Shown: in pieces, positions 22,974 to 34,143 of the stretch
Layout of the letters: the number at the start of each line of letters is the position of its first letter
Numbering within the stretch: the stretch's first letter is position 1
Origin: Escherichia coli
GTDB taxonomy: Bacteria > Pseudomonadota > Gammaproteobacteria > Enterobacterales > Enterobacteriaceae
Reading direction: 5' to 3' (one strand)
NCBI RefSeq assembly: GCF_050920415.1
Contig: NZ_CP169309.1
Length of the DNA stretch: 64,000 nucleotides
Position numbers and translations under genes: made by a program
The notes under the pieces: generated by a model
The model's database searches: none
Told to the model about the DNA's origin: nothing
Seen by the model: only the letters and a program-made list of their open reading frames with translations

Positions 22974-24329
22974 ATGTTTTCAGAAGTCATGCGTTATATT
23001 CTCGACCTCGGCCCTACGGTCATGTTGCCGATTGTCATCATTATTTTTTCTAAGATATTAGGCATGAAGGCAGGCGATTGCTTTAAAGCGGGTCTGCATA
23101 TCGGGATTGGCTTTGTTGGCATTGGCCTTGTGATTGGCTTAATGCTGGATTCCATTGGTCCGGCGGCGAAAGCGATGGCGGAAAATTTCGACCTGAATCT
23201 GCATGTGGTCGATGTCGGCTGGCCGGGCTCTTCACCAATGACCTGGGCGTCGCAAATTGCGCTGGTGGCGATTCCGATTGCGATTCTGGTTAACGTGGCG
23301 ATGCTACTGACCCGTATGACGCGGGTGGTAAATGTTGATATATGGAATATCTGGCATATGACCTTCACCGGCGCATTGCTGCATCTGGCAACCGGTTCAT
23401 GGATGATAGGGATGGCGGGTGTGGTAATTCACGCGGTGTTTGTTTATAAGCTCGGCGACTGGTTTGCCCGCGATACCCGAAATTTCTTTGAGCTGGAAGG
23501 CATTGCTATTCCGCACGGTACGTCGGCGTATCTGGGGCCAATTGCGGTGCTGGTGGATGCTATCATCGAGAAAATCCCAGGCGTTAACCGTATTAAATTT
23601 AGCGCCGACGATATTCAGCGCAAATTTGGCCCATTTGGCGAACCTGTCACCGTGGGCTTTGTGATGGGGCTGATTATCGGCATCCTCGCGGGTTACGATG
23701 TCAAAGGTGTATTGCAGCTGGCGGTAAAAACGGCGGCAGTTATGCTGCTGATGCCACGGGTGATTAAACCCATCATGGATGGTTTAACGCCCATCGCTAA
23801 GCAGGCCCGTAGTCGTTTACAGGCGAAGTTCGGCGGTCAGGAGTTCCTGATTGGCCTTGATCCGGCGTTGCTGCTGGGGCATACGGCGGTGGTATCGGCA
23901 AGCCTGATTTTTATCCCGCTCACCATTTTAATTGCTGTTTGTGTTCCGGGTAATCAGGTACTGCCGTTTGGCGACCTTGCCACCATCGGCTTCTTTGTTG
24001 CGATGGCAGTTGCCGTGCATCGTGGAAATCTGTTCCGCACCTTAATCTCGGGTGTCATCATTATGAGCATCACCCTGTGGATCGCGACGCAAACTATTGG
24101 TTTGCACACCCAACTGGCGGCTAATGCTGGGGCGTTAAAAGCCGGGGGCATGGTGGCTTCAATGGATCAGGGCGGTTCTCCCATTACCTGGTTACTGATT
24201 CAGGTTTTCTCCCCGCAAAATATTCCCGGTTTCATTATTATCGGTGCCATTTATCTTACCGGTATTTTCATGACCTGGCGTAGAGCGCGCGGCTTTATTA
24301 AACAAGAGAAAGCCGTTCTCGCAGAATAA
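22974..24329 (+). CDS. gatC: PTS galactitol-specific EIIC permease
   Basis: 451 aa polytopic membrane protein. Confidence 0.92.
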   Translation: MFSEVMRYILDLGPTVMLPIVIIIFSKILGMKAGDCFKAGLHIGIGFVGIGLVIGLMLDSIGPAAKAMAENFDLNLHVVDVGWPGSSPMTWASQIALVAIPIAILVNVAMLLTRMTRVVNVDIWNIWHMTFTGALLHLATGSWMIGMAGVVIHAVFVYKLGDWFARDTRNFFELEGIAIPHGTSAYLGPIAVLVDAIIEKIPGVNRIKFSADDIQRKFGPFGEPVTVGFVMGLIIGILAGYDVKGVLQLAVKTAAVMLLMPRVIKPIMDGLTPIAKQARSRLQAKFGGQEFLIGLDPALLLGHTAVVSASLIFIPLTILIAVCVPGNQVLPFGDLATIGFFVAMAVAVHRGNLFRTLISGVIIMSITLWIATQTIGLHTQLAANAGALKAGGMVASMDQGGSPITWLLIQVFSPQNIPGFIIIGAIYLTGIFMTWRRARGFIKQEKAVLAE

Positions 24330-24376
24330 TTTTTACCTGAGGGGGAGTTTATCCCCCTTAATAATCAGGAGTTTTT

Positions 24377-25417
24377 ATGAAATCAGTGGTGAATGATACT
24401 GATGGTATCGTACGCGTTGCCCAACGAGTCATTCCTGAAATTAAACATCAGGATGAGGTGCGGGTAAAAATTGCCAGCTCGGGATTATGTGGTTCCGATT
24501 TACCCAGAATTTTTAAAAATGGTGCACATTATTATCCAATAACGTTAGGCCATGAATTTAGCGGCTATATTGATGCTGTGGGATCCGGTGTTGATGATTT
24601 ACATCCTGGCGATGCGGTTGCCTGTGTGCCGTTATTACCCTGTTTTACTTGTCCAGAGTGTCTGAAAGGGTTTTATTCCCAGTGCGCAAAATATGATTTT
24701 ATTGGCTCACGGCGGGATGGTGGGTTTGCCGAATATATTGTCGTTAAGCGGAAAAATGTCTTTGCTCTACCTGCGCATATGCCTATTGAGGATGGGGCTT
24801 TTATTGAACCGATTACCGTTGGCCTGCATGCTTTCCATTTAGCGCAAGGTTGTGAGAATAAAAACGTTATTATTATTGGTGCCGGAACCATTGGCCTGCT
24901 GGCCATTCAGTGCGCTGTCGCGCTGGGAGCAAAGAGTGTGACGGCTATCGACATTAGCTCAGAAAAACTGGCACTGGCAAAATCTTTCGGTGCGATGCAA
25001 ACATTTAACAGCCTTGAAATGAGCGCGCCGCAAATGCAGGGCGTTTTACGCGAGCTGCGCTTTAATCAGCTTATCCTCGAGACGGCTGGCGTCCCGCAAA
25101 CCGTCGAACTGGCGGTAGAGATTGCCGGGCCTCATGCCCAGCTGGCGCTGGTGGGCACGTTGCATCAGGATCTGCATATAACATCGACAACGTTTGGCAA
25201 AATATTACGTAAAGAGCTGACGGTTATCGGCAGTTGGATGAACTACTCCAGCCCTTGGCCGGGGCAGGAGTGGGAAACGGCGAGCCGGTTGCTGACAGAA
25301 CGTAAGTTAAGCCTGGAGCCATTAATCGCTCACCGTGGAAGCTTTGAAAGCTTCGCCCAGGCGGTGCGTGACATCGCTCGTAATGCTATGCCGGGCAAAG
25401 TGTTGCTTATTCCCTGA
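24377..25417 (+). CDS. gatD: Galactitol-1-phosphate 5-dehydrogenase (Zn-dependent MDR)
   Basis: 346 aa; Zn-ADH motifs (GHEFSG, CxxC cluster) and Rossmann GAGTIG. Confidence 0.92.
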   Translation: MKSVVNDTDGIVRVAQRVIPEIKHQDEVRVKIASSGLCGSDLPRIFKNGAHYYPITLGHEFSGYIDAVGSGVDDLHPGDAVACVPLLPCFTCPECLKGFYSQCAKYDFIGSRRDGGFAEYIVVKRKNVFALPAHMPIEDGAFIEPITVGLHAFHLAQGCENKNVIIIGAGTIGLLAIQCAVALGAKSVTAIDISSEKLALAKSFGAMQTFNSLEMSAPQMQGVLRELRFNQLILETAGVPQTVELAVEIAGPHAQLALVGTLHQDLHITSTTFGKILRKELTVIGSWMNYSSPWPGQEWETASRLLTERKLSLEPLIAHRGSFESFAQAVRDIARNAMPGKVLLIP

Positions 25418-25516
25418 AACCGCGGGCCAGCGTGATGCTGGCCCGGTATTGTGCAAAACAGATCATTCACCAATGGTCCCCCTTCGTTTACACTAGCCAC
25501 AATTGAATATGGGTAA

Positions 25517-26296
25517 ATGACGATGAATTCATTCGAGCGAAGGAATAAGATCATCCAATTAGTGAATGAACAGGGAACCGTGCTTGTTCAGGATCTGGCG
25601 GGAGTATTTGCTGCCTCGGAAGCGACAATCCGTGCCGATTTGCGCTTTCTCGAACAAAAAGGCGTGGTTACGCGCTTTCATGGCGGTGCGGCGAAAATAA
25701 TGTCCGGTAATAGTGAAACCGAGACCCAGGAAGTCGGGTTTAAAGAGCGATTTCAGCTCGCCAGCGCGCCGAAAAACAGAATAGCGCAGGCGGCAGTCAA
25801 AATGATCCACGAAGGGATGACCGTTATTCTCGACAGCGGAAGTACGACAATGCTTATCGCCGAAGGTTTAATGACCGCCAAAAATATCACGGTGATTACC
25901 AACAGTCTCCCGGCGGCGTTTGCCCTTTCCGAAAATAAAGACATTACTCTGGTCGTCTGTGGTGGCACGGTCCGTCATAAAACGCGCTCGATGCATGGCT
26001 CCATTGCCGAGCGTTCATTGCAGGATATTAATGCCGATTTAATGTTTGTCGGTGCTGATGGTATTGATGCGGTTAATGGTATTACGACCTTTAATGAAGG
26101 TTATTCGATTAGCGGTGCGATGGTCACAGCCGCTAATAAAGTGATTGCCGTTCTCGATTCATCGAAATTTAACCGTCGCGGTTTTAATCAGGTACTGCCA
26201 ATCGAAAAAATTGATATTATTATTACTGATGATGCCGTGTCAGAGGTGGATAAACTGGCATTGCAGAAAACACGGGTGAAATTAATTACGGTGTAG
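25517..26296 (+). CDS. gatR: DeoR-family repressor of gat operon (intact)
   Basis: 259 aa continuous ORF (alternative start at 25523); N-terminal HTH plus DeoR C-terminal sugar-binding domain; no IS interruption. Confidence 0.88.
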   Translation: MTMNSFERRNKIIQLVNEQGTVLVQDLAGVFAASEATIRADLRFLEQKGVVTRFHGGAAKIMSGNSETETQEVGFKERFQLASAPKNRIAQAAVKMIHEGMTVILDSGSTTMLIAEGLMTAKNITVITNSLPAAFALSENKDITLVVCGGTVRHKTRSMHGSIAERSLQDINADLMFVGADGIDAVNGITTFNEGYSISGAMVTAANKVIAVLDSSKFNRRGFNQVLPIEKIDIIITDDAVSEVDKLALQKTRVKLITV

Positions 26297-26377
26297 CATT
26301 GTTCTTTATGCCGGATAAGGTGTGTACACCGAATCCGGCATCACTGATACTCCCTGAATTAAGAAAGGGAAATTTGA

Positions 26378-27277
26378 TTAACGCAATAATGGACAATCCG
26401 GTGGTAATCGACAGCGCAATGCTGCCGGAAGTATTTCAATATGGAAGTTTTGCCCACTCAACGGTTCGCCATCAAGATTAAAGGTAATTTCGTGTGGCGC
26501 TTGTATATCGAACCACGCCGAAGCACCTTCGATAATATTCGGGTTATCTTCGTCAGATTTTAAGGTTGATACGAGAGCCGGAAGAATTTCATCGCCGGTG
26601 AAAATGCGTAGTTGCAGCAAGCCGTCGTTAATTAATGCGTTCGGGCACAATTGCTGACCGCCACCTGCCTGACGGCCGTTACCAATACCAATGACTAGTG
26701 CGTCACCTTGCCAGTGAAAGTTTTCACCGCGGATTTCACAACGGTCCGGTTGCAGTGTATCCATGCGCATTAAGCCGTGAATGATGTAAGAGACGCCACC
26801 CAGCGCTGCTTTTAATTTTTCCGGCGTTTCTGTGGTAATACGTGTCCCAAACCCACCCGTTGCCATATTAATAAAACAGGTTTGTTTGTTGACCTGCGCC
26901 ATATCAATCGCAATAGCGTCACCAGCAATTGCTAGTTTCAGCGCCTTATCCAGTGCCTCAGGTATACCCACGCTGGTCGCGAAATCGTTCGCTGTACCTA
27001 GTGGCAAAATCCCCAGCGCGGGTATGTCATCGCCCTCACACTGAATCAGCGCCGAGGAAACTTCATTAATAGTGCCATCGCCACCACCGGCAATTACCGT
27101 TGCGACGCCCAGCTTCCGGGCCTCTTCTACAAATCGGGCGGCATCGCCTTTCTCCCAGGTGACCCGCACATGGATCGTCATTCCTTCCTCGCGCAACAGC
27201 ATAATTGCTTCGCGCAAGGGTTGATTGTCAGTACTTTTGCCGTTAAGAATCAGTAAGCTGGCGGGAAATTCTGCCAT
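26378..27277 (-). CDS. yegS: Lipid kinase YegS (DAGK catalytic domain)
   Basis: 299 aa; GGDGT motif. Confidence 0.9.
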   Translation of the reverse strand: MAEFPASLLILNGKSTDNQPLREAIMLLREEGMTIHVRVTWEKGDAARFVEEARKLGVATVIAGGGDGTINEVSSALIQCEGDDIPALGILPLGTANDFATSVGIPEALDKALKLAIAGDAIAIDMAQVNKQTCFINMATGGFGTRITTETPEKLKAALGGVSYIIHGLMRMDTLQPDRCEIRGENFHWQGDALVIGIGNGRQAGGGQQLCPNALINDGLLQLRIFTGDEILPALVSTLKSDEDNPNIIEGASAWFDIQAPHEITFNLDGEPLSGQNFHIEILPAALRCRLPPDCPLLR

Positions 27278-27759
27278 AATCGTATGCCTTTATGATTGGT
27301 CTGTAGATAGTGTAGAGCAGAAAAGAAAAGGCGGAGTCAGAACAGGATGAAAATCGGAGGATAAAAAATCAGTTCAAGGATGGGGAATTCAGTGGTTACC
27401 AGTAAGGGGGGCAACGGTACACTCGGTTTTTATCGGCATAAATGATCACTGAAAGCACTTAAGCATTATTTTACTGTGGATTCAGCGTGGCAGCGAACAT
27501 TAACGGTAATCAGGGACAAACTTCAAAAGAGCATATGCATCATATTCAACAAAGCAATGGCATCCTCAATGTACGATTCCAATTATATTAAATAATTCCT
27601 ATGAGGTTATCTGTGATAGGCCTCCATGTCTGTATTTCCTACTTATGTAGGAAATTCTGCACAAAACATTTATTATAATCCTATTCAATAATGACAATGA
27701 TGTCATTATTATATTTCAACACTAGAGAGTGTCGTTGGTGTTTAATGGGGGAAGGTGAG

Positions 27760-28077
27760 ATGAAAAAGACAGCTGCTATATCATTAATTAGTGTTTTTCT
27801 TATGTCTGGTTGTGCTGTGCATAATGATGAGACAAGTATCGGTAAATTCGGTCTTGCCTATAAAAGTAATATCCAGCGTAAACTCGATAACCAATACTAC
27901 ACTGAAGCCGAAGCATCTTTAGCCAGGGGCAGAATATCTGGTGCGGAAAATATAGTGAAAAATGATGCAGCTAATTTCTGTGTTACTCAGGGCAAAAAAA
28001 TGCAGATAGTTAACCTGAAGACTGAAGGGGCAGGATTACATGGCGTCGCGCGTCTGACATTCAAATGTGGAGAGTGA
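27760..28077 (+). CDS. yegR: Small lipoprotein YegR
   Basis: Internal start MKKTAAISLISVFLMSGCAV (lipobox) within ORF 27691..28077 gives 105 aa. Confidence 0.75.
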   Translation: MKKTAAISLISVFLMSGCAVHNDETSIGKFGLAYKSNIQRKLDNQYYTEAEASLARGRISGAENIVKNDAANFCVTQGKKMQIVNLKTEGAGLHGVARLTFKCGE

Positions 28078-28407
28078 GAATAGATTCAAGACTACCATGG
28101 ACACATCCATTTTTATCTCTGATAAGGTATTCTTCAACACCATTATTGAATGTGAGTAATAATGACAAGCAGATAGATGAAACTACAGCAGAATTTTTAT
28201 TTTATGCGGCTATCAGAAAATGATGGCATAAATATTCCTATGCTTTAGCTTCATTTTTTGTAAGCGTCAAACATGCGCGTTCTGGGTGTGCGTAGCCGGA
28301 CCCTGTGCGAGCACGATGCCGTTAAGTGAAAGGCATCGTGCTATGAAGGGGGATTCTATCGATGTGGTCAATGGAAGACGGTCACCTGGGATCAATCCGT
28401 CTCTATG

Positions 28408-28494
28408 GTTTATGCATAAAAAATAAGCCCGTGTAAGGGAGATTACACAGGCTAAGGAGGTGGTTCCTGGTACAGCTAGCATTTTATGGGTTAT
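28408..28494 (-). ncRNA. cyaR: CRP-dependent Hfq-binding sRNA CyaR (RyeE)
   Basis: Minus strand reads GCTGAAAAACATAACCCATAAAATGCTAGCTGTACCAGGAACCACCTCCTTAGCCTGTGTAATCTCCCTTACACGGGCTTATTTTTT; matches CyaR as I recall it, including the terminator hairpin and U-tail. Confidence 0.88.
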
Positions 28495-28588
28495 GTTTTT
28501 CAGCGAAACGGATGATAACCTTAATAAATGCAGCTGTATGTGATCGGTTTCTAAGAATTTTCCATCCGGGAAAAATAATCGAAATTAA

Positions 28589-29950
28589 TCACTTACCGTG
28601 GGGGTTACGCGTGGTTTCCCCGGAGAAATTTCGCATCAGCAGCGCGTAATTTAGCTCAAGATCCTGCGGGACCGGGATCCACACAGTATAACCATCGCCA
28701 GGTGCGACCGGCATTGCTTCGCCTTTGGCGTTTTCCATATGCTCAAGGGTAAAGTTAATGTTCCCTTGCGGCGTCATCAGCTCAAGGCTGTCGCCAACGG
28801 AGAATTTATTTTTCACCGCTACCGCCGCGAGGTCGCCCTTGCGCTCACCGGTAAACTCACCAACAAACTGCTGGCGGTCAGAAACTGAATAACCGTATTC
28901 GTAGTTCTGATAATCGTCGTGAGTATGACGACGCAGGAAACCTTCGGTATAGCCACGATGCGCCAGACCTTCCAGAGTTTCCAGCAGGCTGGTATCGAAT
29001 GGTTTTCCCGCAGCTGCGTCATCGATAGCTTTACGGTAAACCTGCGCGGTGCGTGCGCAATAGTAGAAAGATTTTGTACGACCTTCGATTTTCAGCGAAT
29101 GCACGCCCATTTTGGTCAGGCGTTCAACGTGGGCGATAGCGCGCAGATCTTTCGAGTTCATGATGTAAGTGCCGTGCTCATCTTCAAACGCGGTCATATA
29201 CTCGCCCGGACGCTGAGCTTCTTCGATCATAAACACTTTGTCGGTTGGCGCGCCGATACCCAGCGTCGGCTCAACATTTTGCACCGGAATCGGCTCGTAC
29301 TTGTGCACGATGTTGCCAACGTCATCTTCTTTCCCTTCCTGGACGTTGTACTCCCAGCGGCAGGCGTTGGTGCAGGTGCCCTGGTTCGGGTCGCGCTTGT
29401 TGATATAGCCAGAGAGCAGGCAGCGACCGGAGTAGGCCATGCACAGCGCGCCGTGAACGAAGATCTCTACCTCCATATCCGGCACCTGATTGCGGATCTC
29501 TTCAATCTCTTCCAGCGACAGCTCGCGAGAGAGGATCACGCGGGTCAGGCCCATTTGCTGCCAGAATTTCACCGTCGCCCAGTTCACGGCGTTAGCCTGT
29601 ACCGAGAGATGGATCGGCATTTCAGGGAAGTGCTCACGCACCAGCATAATCAGCCCTGGATCGGACATTATTAGCGCATCCGGCCCCATTTCCACCACCG
29701 GTTTCAGGTCACGGATAAAGGTTTTCAGCTTGGCGTTGTGCGGTGCAATGTTGACCACAACATAAAACTTTTTCCCCAGCGCGTGGGCTTCATTAATGCC
29801 GAGCTGAAGATTTTCGTGGTTGAATTCGTTGTTGCGCACACGCAGGGAGTAACGCGGCTGGCCCGCATAAACAGCATCTGCGCCATAAGCGAAAGCGTAA
29901 CGCATATTTTTCAGCGTTCCCGCCGGGGAAAGGAGTTCCGGTTTAAACAT
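28589..29950 (-). CDS. yegQ: U32-family peptidase-like protein (tRNA U34 hydroxylation factor TrhP/YegQ)
   Basis: 453 aa ORF; U32 family Cys-containing core. Confidence 0.88.
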   Translation of the reverse strand: MFKPELLSPAGTLKNMRYAFAYGADAVYAGQPRYSLRVRNNEFNHENLQLGINEAHALGKKFYVVVNIAPHNAKLKTFIRDLKPVVEMGPDALIMSDPGLIMLVREHFPEMPIHLSVQANAVNWATVKFWQQMGLTRVILSRELSLEEIEEIRNQVPDMEVEIFVHGALCMAYSGRCLLSGYINKRDPNQGTCTNACRWEYNVQEGKEDDVGNIVHKYEPIPVQNVEPTLGIGAPTDKVFMIEEAQRPGEYMTAFEDEHGTYIMNSKDLRAIAHVERLTKMGVHSLKIEGRTKSFYYCARTAQVYRKAIDDAAAGKPFDTSLLETLEGLAHRGYTEGFLRRHTHDDYQNYEYGYSVSDRQQFVGEFTGERKGDLAAVAVKNKFSVGDSLELMTPQGNINFTLEHMENAKGEAMPVAPGDGYTVWIPVPQDLELNYALLMRNFSGETTRNPHGK

Positions 29951-30096
29951 AATTCTCTCGTTCTGATGACAGGTCAGATCCGCTTCACCTGATGAAGCGG
30001 TTGGGGGAGTGCCCCCACTTTAAGGGCGGGCATTGTAGCGCTGTGGGGGGATCTGGTAAAGCGCCGGACGCCAACAACCCACGCCCGGCATCGTCA

Positions 30097-30429
30097 TTAC
30101 GTATTGTCTTTCACCGTCTGGCTTGTGCCATTGGCTTTAACGGAGGCAATTCCGGTTTCACGAGATTGCGCGGTGGCGTACATCTGGCTGGAGCCGATAA
30201 TTTGATGATTGGCGGCTTTCAGATTAAAATAGAATTTGCCGTTGCTTGCCGTTTTTTTCTCATAGCGTTCTTCTTGTGGGCTGTTGCTACGCACTGACGC
30301 GATGCCCTTTTCCGCAGAGGCTTTTGAGGTATACAGCTCGCTGGTGAGGATAGTCTCACCATTGCCCGCTTTTAGCACAAACCGGAATTGATTATCACTG
30401 CTCCTACTGAGTTCAAACCAACCAGCCAT
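30097..30429 (-). CDS. yegP: UPF0339/DUF1508 tandem-repeat protein YegP
   Basis: Internal start MAGWFELSRSSDNQFRF within ORF 30097..30468 gives 110 aa; two related half-repeats. Confidence 0.8.
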   Translation of the reverse strand: MAGWFELSRSSDNQFRFVLKAGNGETILTSELYTSKASAEKGIASVRSNSPQEERYEKKTASNGKFYFNLKAANHQIIGSSQMYATAQSRETGIASVKANGTSQTVKDNT

Positions 30430-30608
30430 AATGACTCCTTGATTGAAATTGCGTATCGAAAACAGCATCTAAAAGGACTGTTTGCCGATTAAAGTATGAG
30501 CGATTTTCAGGTGCTTGCCAGGGCGGAGAGATAATGTCAGATAGCCGAAAATGCGCGGGATAATGCTGCCGGATGCGGCGTGAATGCCTTCTCCGGCAGG
30601 TAAAAATG

Positions 30609-31331
30609 TTAAACGATGCGGCAGGCGTCGGCTTCCCAGCGATAACCGACACCGTAGACGGCGCGGATAAAAGACTGCTCTTCGTCCAGAGCTTCCAGCT
30701 TGCGACGCAGGTTTTTAATGTGGCTGTCGATGGTGCGGTCAGTTACTACGCGGTAGTCGTCATAAAGATGATTGAGCAATTGCTCGCGGGAGAACACTTT
30801 TCCTGGTTCATGAGAGAGTGTTTTCAGCAGACGAAATTCCGCAGGCGTCAGGTCAAGCATTTTACCGCGCCATGAAGCCTGAAAACGACCTTCGTCGATA
30901 ATCAACGGGCTTTCAGCATCCTGTTGCTGCAACTCACGCTGCGGTTTGCAACGGCGCAAAATGGTTTTGACGCGTGCTACCACTTCCCGTGGGCTGTACG
31001 GCTTGCAGATATAATCATCTGCGCCAATCTCTAGCCCGAGCAGGCGGTCGATCTCTTCGATTTTTGCTGTCACCATCACGATCGGAATGTCAGAAAAACG
31101 ACGAATCTCCCGACACAACGTCAGGCCATCGGTGCCAGGGAGCATCAGATCCAACAGGATCAGATCCGGTGGTGTCTGGCGCACATATGGCAGTACCTGA
31201 TCGCCGTGGCTGATAAGCGTCGGCGCATAGCTCGCAGCACGCAGATAATCAATAAGCAACTGCCCCAGCTTCGGTTCATCTTCCACGATCAAAATACGTG
31301 GCGTGTTTTCGTCGATTGGTAACTCGGTCAT
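30609..31331 (-). CDS. baeR: Envelope-stress response regulator (OmpR family)
   Basis: 240 aa; receiver domain plus winged-helix. Confidence 0.93.
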   Translation of the reverse strand: MTELPIDENTPRILIVEDEPKLGQLLIDYLRAASYAPTLISHGDQVLPYVRQTPPDLILLDLMLPGTDGLTLCREIRRFSDIPIVMVTAKIEEIDRLLGLEIGADDYICKPYSPREVVARVKTILRRCKPQRELQQQDAESPLIIDEGRFQASWRGKMLDLTPAEFRLLKTLSHEPGKVFSREQLLNHLYDDYRVVTDRTIDSHIKNLRRKLEALDEEQSFIRAVYGVGYRWEADACRIV

Positions 31332-32731
31332 ACTTCTCTCTGTAAATCCCGTTCCAGCGGTAACTCTACTGTAATGCTTACCCCGCCAAAAGGCGAATGA
31401 GCGGCAACAATGCGACCATTATGTGCTTCAACAATGTTAAGACAAATAGCCAGCCCCAGGCCGGAACCGCCGCTGGCACGGTTGCGGGAACCTTCGGTGC
31501 GATAAAAACGCTCAAACAATTTTTGCAGTTGATCGTCACTAACGCCCGGTGCACTGTCGGCAAAGGTCAGGCGCACCGTTTTGTCATGTTGCTCGGCAGA
31601 GATATGCAGGCTGCCGCCGCTGTCGGTATAGCGCAGGCTGTTTTCCAGTAAGTTATTGAACAACTGCATTAAACGATCGCGATCGCCAAATACGGTAATG
31701 CTGTCTGGTAGGGAAAATTGCAGTTTCAGCCCGCGGCTGGCGAAACGCTCACGAAATGCGCCACCCGCGACTTCCAGTAGCGGGATCAGATCCACCGACG
31801 ATTTCTGGTAGGCGAGAGCGCCTTCATCAGACATCGACAATTGATGAAGATCATCCACCAGTTTGGTCAGTGTACCGACCTCTGCCTGTAAAGAAGCCAC
31901 CGTCTCCGGCGTGAATTTACGCACGCCATCCTGAATAGCTTCCAGTTCGCCGCGCAGTACCGCTAAAGGCGTGCGCAGCTCGTGGGAGATATCGGCCATA
32001 AAATCGCGGCGCATCTGTTGGTTTTTCTCCAGCGTGCTGGCGAGCTGGTTGAAGTCTTGCGCCAGTTTGCCCAATTCATCTTCGCTGGTGGGCGTCACGC
32101 GAGTAGTGAAATCGCCCGCTGCCAGTTTGTGTGTACCGTCCACCAGTCGTTTGACCGGAGCCAGCAAACCGCGCGCCAGTGGGAATGTCGCCAGCGCCGC
32201 TAACAAGGTAGATAAAGCGACAATCAGCCAACTGGTTTGCCTCTGTTGTCTGTCAAAATTGATGTCGGTATTGCGGGTCAGTCGTTCAACAGGGGAGGCG
32301 ATCACCGCACCCACTTCCGCCCCATTGACCATAATGGGCCGCCGTGTGCCGTCTGGTGGAATCGGTGCTCGCGGGCCAACCAGCACTTTGTTGTTTTGAT
32401 CAACCACCCAGAATTGCGTGCGCCAACCGTGTGGCGGCATACCGGGGCCGGGCTTATCTTCGTTGTTATCATGCTCCAGCGAACGTAGGATCTGAAATAC
32501 AAAGCGATCGTTATTACGCAGGAAGCGCCAGTTCCCGTGCTGGGCGTACTGCTCACCAAGCGCATCGCCGAGCATTTGCAGCCGTTGTTCATTACCATGC
32601 TTGATGTAATCGATAAAGCCGCGCTCAAAACTGATACGTACCGCCCAGTGCATCGTGATCAATAAGACAATGCAGGTGGCGAAAATCGCCAGAAACAGTT
32701 TGCCGGTAATACCGGGTCGCCAGAACTTCAT
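31328..32731 (-). CDS. baeS: Envelope-stress sensor histidine kinase
   Basis: 467 aa; H-box [12 protein letters not shown], ATPase G-boxes; 4 bp overlaps with mdtD and baeR. Confidence 0.93.
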   Translation of the reverse strand: MKFWRPGITGKLFLAIFATCIVLLITMHWAVRISFERGFIDYIKHGNEQRLQMLGDALGEQYAQHGNWRFLRNNDRFVFQILRSLEHDNNEDKPGPGMPPHGWRTQFWVVDQNNKVLVGPRAPIPPDGTRRPIMVNGAEVGAVIASPVERLTRNTDINFDRQQRQTSWLIVALSTLLAALATFPLARGLLAPVKRLVDGTHKLAAGDFTTRVTPTSEDELGKLAQDFNQLASTLEKNQQMRRDFMADISHELRTPLAVLRGELEAIQDGVRKFTPETVASLQAEVGTLTKLVDDLHQLSMSDEGALAYQKSSVDLIPLLEVAGGAFRERFASRGLKLQFSLPDSITVFGDRDRLMQLFNNLLENSLRYTDSGGSLHISAEQHDKTVRLTFADSAPGVSDDQLQKLFERFYRTEGSRNRASGGSGLGLAICLNIVEAHNGRIVAAHSPFGGVSITVELPLERDLQREV

Positions 32732-34143
32732 TGCGCGCTCCTTTTTCGTCGCGAAATAGCGACATTTTGATGCGTATCGTTTGGCACTCTGGCAAAGACA
32801 AACGCCGGAAGGGCGATGATAAACGCCATGCTAAGCCAGGTGTACATAAAGACGGTTTGTGTGGTGCTGCTGTCTACGCTGACATGCTGTGAACCAAAAA
32901 GCCCCAGCAACAGCCCGGCGATGGTGACGCCGATACTCATCGATAATTGCATAATCATCGACAGCAGGCTGTTGCCGCTGCTCGCCAGATTGTCTGGTAG
33001 ATCTTTCAGCGTCAGGGTGTTCATGGAGGAGAAACGTGTCGAGTTGACCATTCCTTGTAAAAACAGGACGAACGGCAAAACGTAGTACCAGCCCAGCAGC
33101 GCGGTAGTCATAAACAGCAGGGTGACCAGCGACAGGCCCAGCGTGGTCGCCACCAGTACCCGACGATAACCAAAGCGATTCACCACCTGCACTACAATTC
33201 GCTTCATTCCCATGCTGCCGAGCACCATCGGGATCATCATCAATCCGGCATGAAACGGCGAGAAACCGAGGCCAATCTGTAAGAAAACCGGTGTCATAAA
33301 GGGCAACATGCCACTGCCGATACGTCCGGCAAAGCTCCCCGCCAGGCCCAGCGAAAAGGTACGAGTGCGGAACAGTTTCAGACTGAACAGGGCGCGGTTG
33401 TTGTTTCTGGCGTGCAGCAGATAAAGCACCAGTGCCACCACGCCAATCGCTGCCAGTCCGGCAATCGCCTGCGGTGAAAGTCCCGTGCCTTTACTGCCAT
33501 CCAGCGCCAGCGTTAATACCGCCATGCCGACCGCCAGCAACAAAAAACCGGAGAGATCGAAACGCCGCGTCTGCATGGTGTAGTTTGGCATTAACATCAG
33601 CGTGGCGATCGCACCGATAATCCCTACCGGAATGTTGATCAAAAAGATCCAGTGCCAGGACGCGTATTCCACCAGCAGGCCGCCGAGCGCCGGACCAAGC
33701 AGCGGACCGACTTGCCCGGGCAGCGTAACAAAGGTCATCGCCGCCATATATTGCTCGCGCGGTACAATTTTCATCACCGTCAACCTGCCAACCGGCACCA
33801 TCATCGCGCCGCCAACGCCCTGTAACGCGCGTGCCAGCAACAGTTCGTTTAGCGTGCCGGAAAGCGCGCAAAACAGTGAACCGAGAGTAAACAGTACGAT
33901 GGCGGTAAAGAAAATATTGCGCACGCCGACTTTGTCCGCCAGCCAGCCGCTGGCGGGCAGCATCACCGCCACGGTCAGTACATAAGAGACAATGACCATG
34001 TGCATATGCAACGGACTTTCCCCAAGGCTTTGCGCCATTGAGGGAAGGGCGGTGTTTACGATGGTGGTGTCCAGCGACTGCATAAAGAAGCCGAAAGCCA
34101 CAATCCACAATTGCCAGCGGGTGCTGTCGGGAAGATCTGTCAT
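32728..34143 (-). CDS. mdtD: MFS transporter MdtD
   Basis: 471 aa, 14-TMS-like MFS protein in operon position. Confidence 0.92.
   Translation of the reverse strand: MTDLPDSTRWQLWIVAFGFFMQSLDTTIVNTALPSMAQSLGESPLHMHMVIVSYVLTVAVMLPASGWLADKVGVRNIFFTAIVLFTLGSLFCALSGTLNELLLARALQGVGGAMMVPVGRLTVMKIVPREQYMAAMTFVTLPGQVGPLLGPALGGLLVEYASWHWIFLINIPVGIIGAIATLMLMPNYTMQTRRFDLSGFLLLAVGMAVLTLALDGSKGTGLSPQAIAGLAAIGVVALVLYLLHARNNNRALFSLKLFRTRTFSLGLAGSFAGRIGSGMLPFMTPVFLQIGLGFSPFHAGLMMIPMVLGSMGMKRIVVQVVNRFGYRRVLVATTLGLSLVTLLFMTTALLGWYYVLPFVLFLQGMVNSTRFSSMNTLTLKDLPDNLASSGNSLLSMIMQLSMSIGVTIAGLLLGLFGSQHVSVDSSTTQTVFMYTWLSMAFIIALPAFVFARVPNDTHQNVAISRRKRSAQ

Noticed and set aside
28267-28482. 71 aa minus-strand ORF
   Set aside because: Overlaps the cyaR sRNA and the candidate P2 att core; no RBS; the region is better explained as non-coding.
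33491-34108. 205 aa ORF on the minus strand inside mdtD (alternative frame)
   Set aside because: Out-of-frame overlap with a well-supported MFS transporter gene; Arg/Gly/Ala-rich translation typical of off-frame reading of GC-rich DNA.
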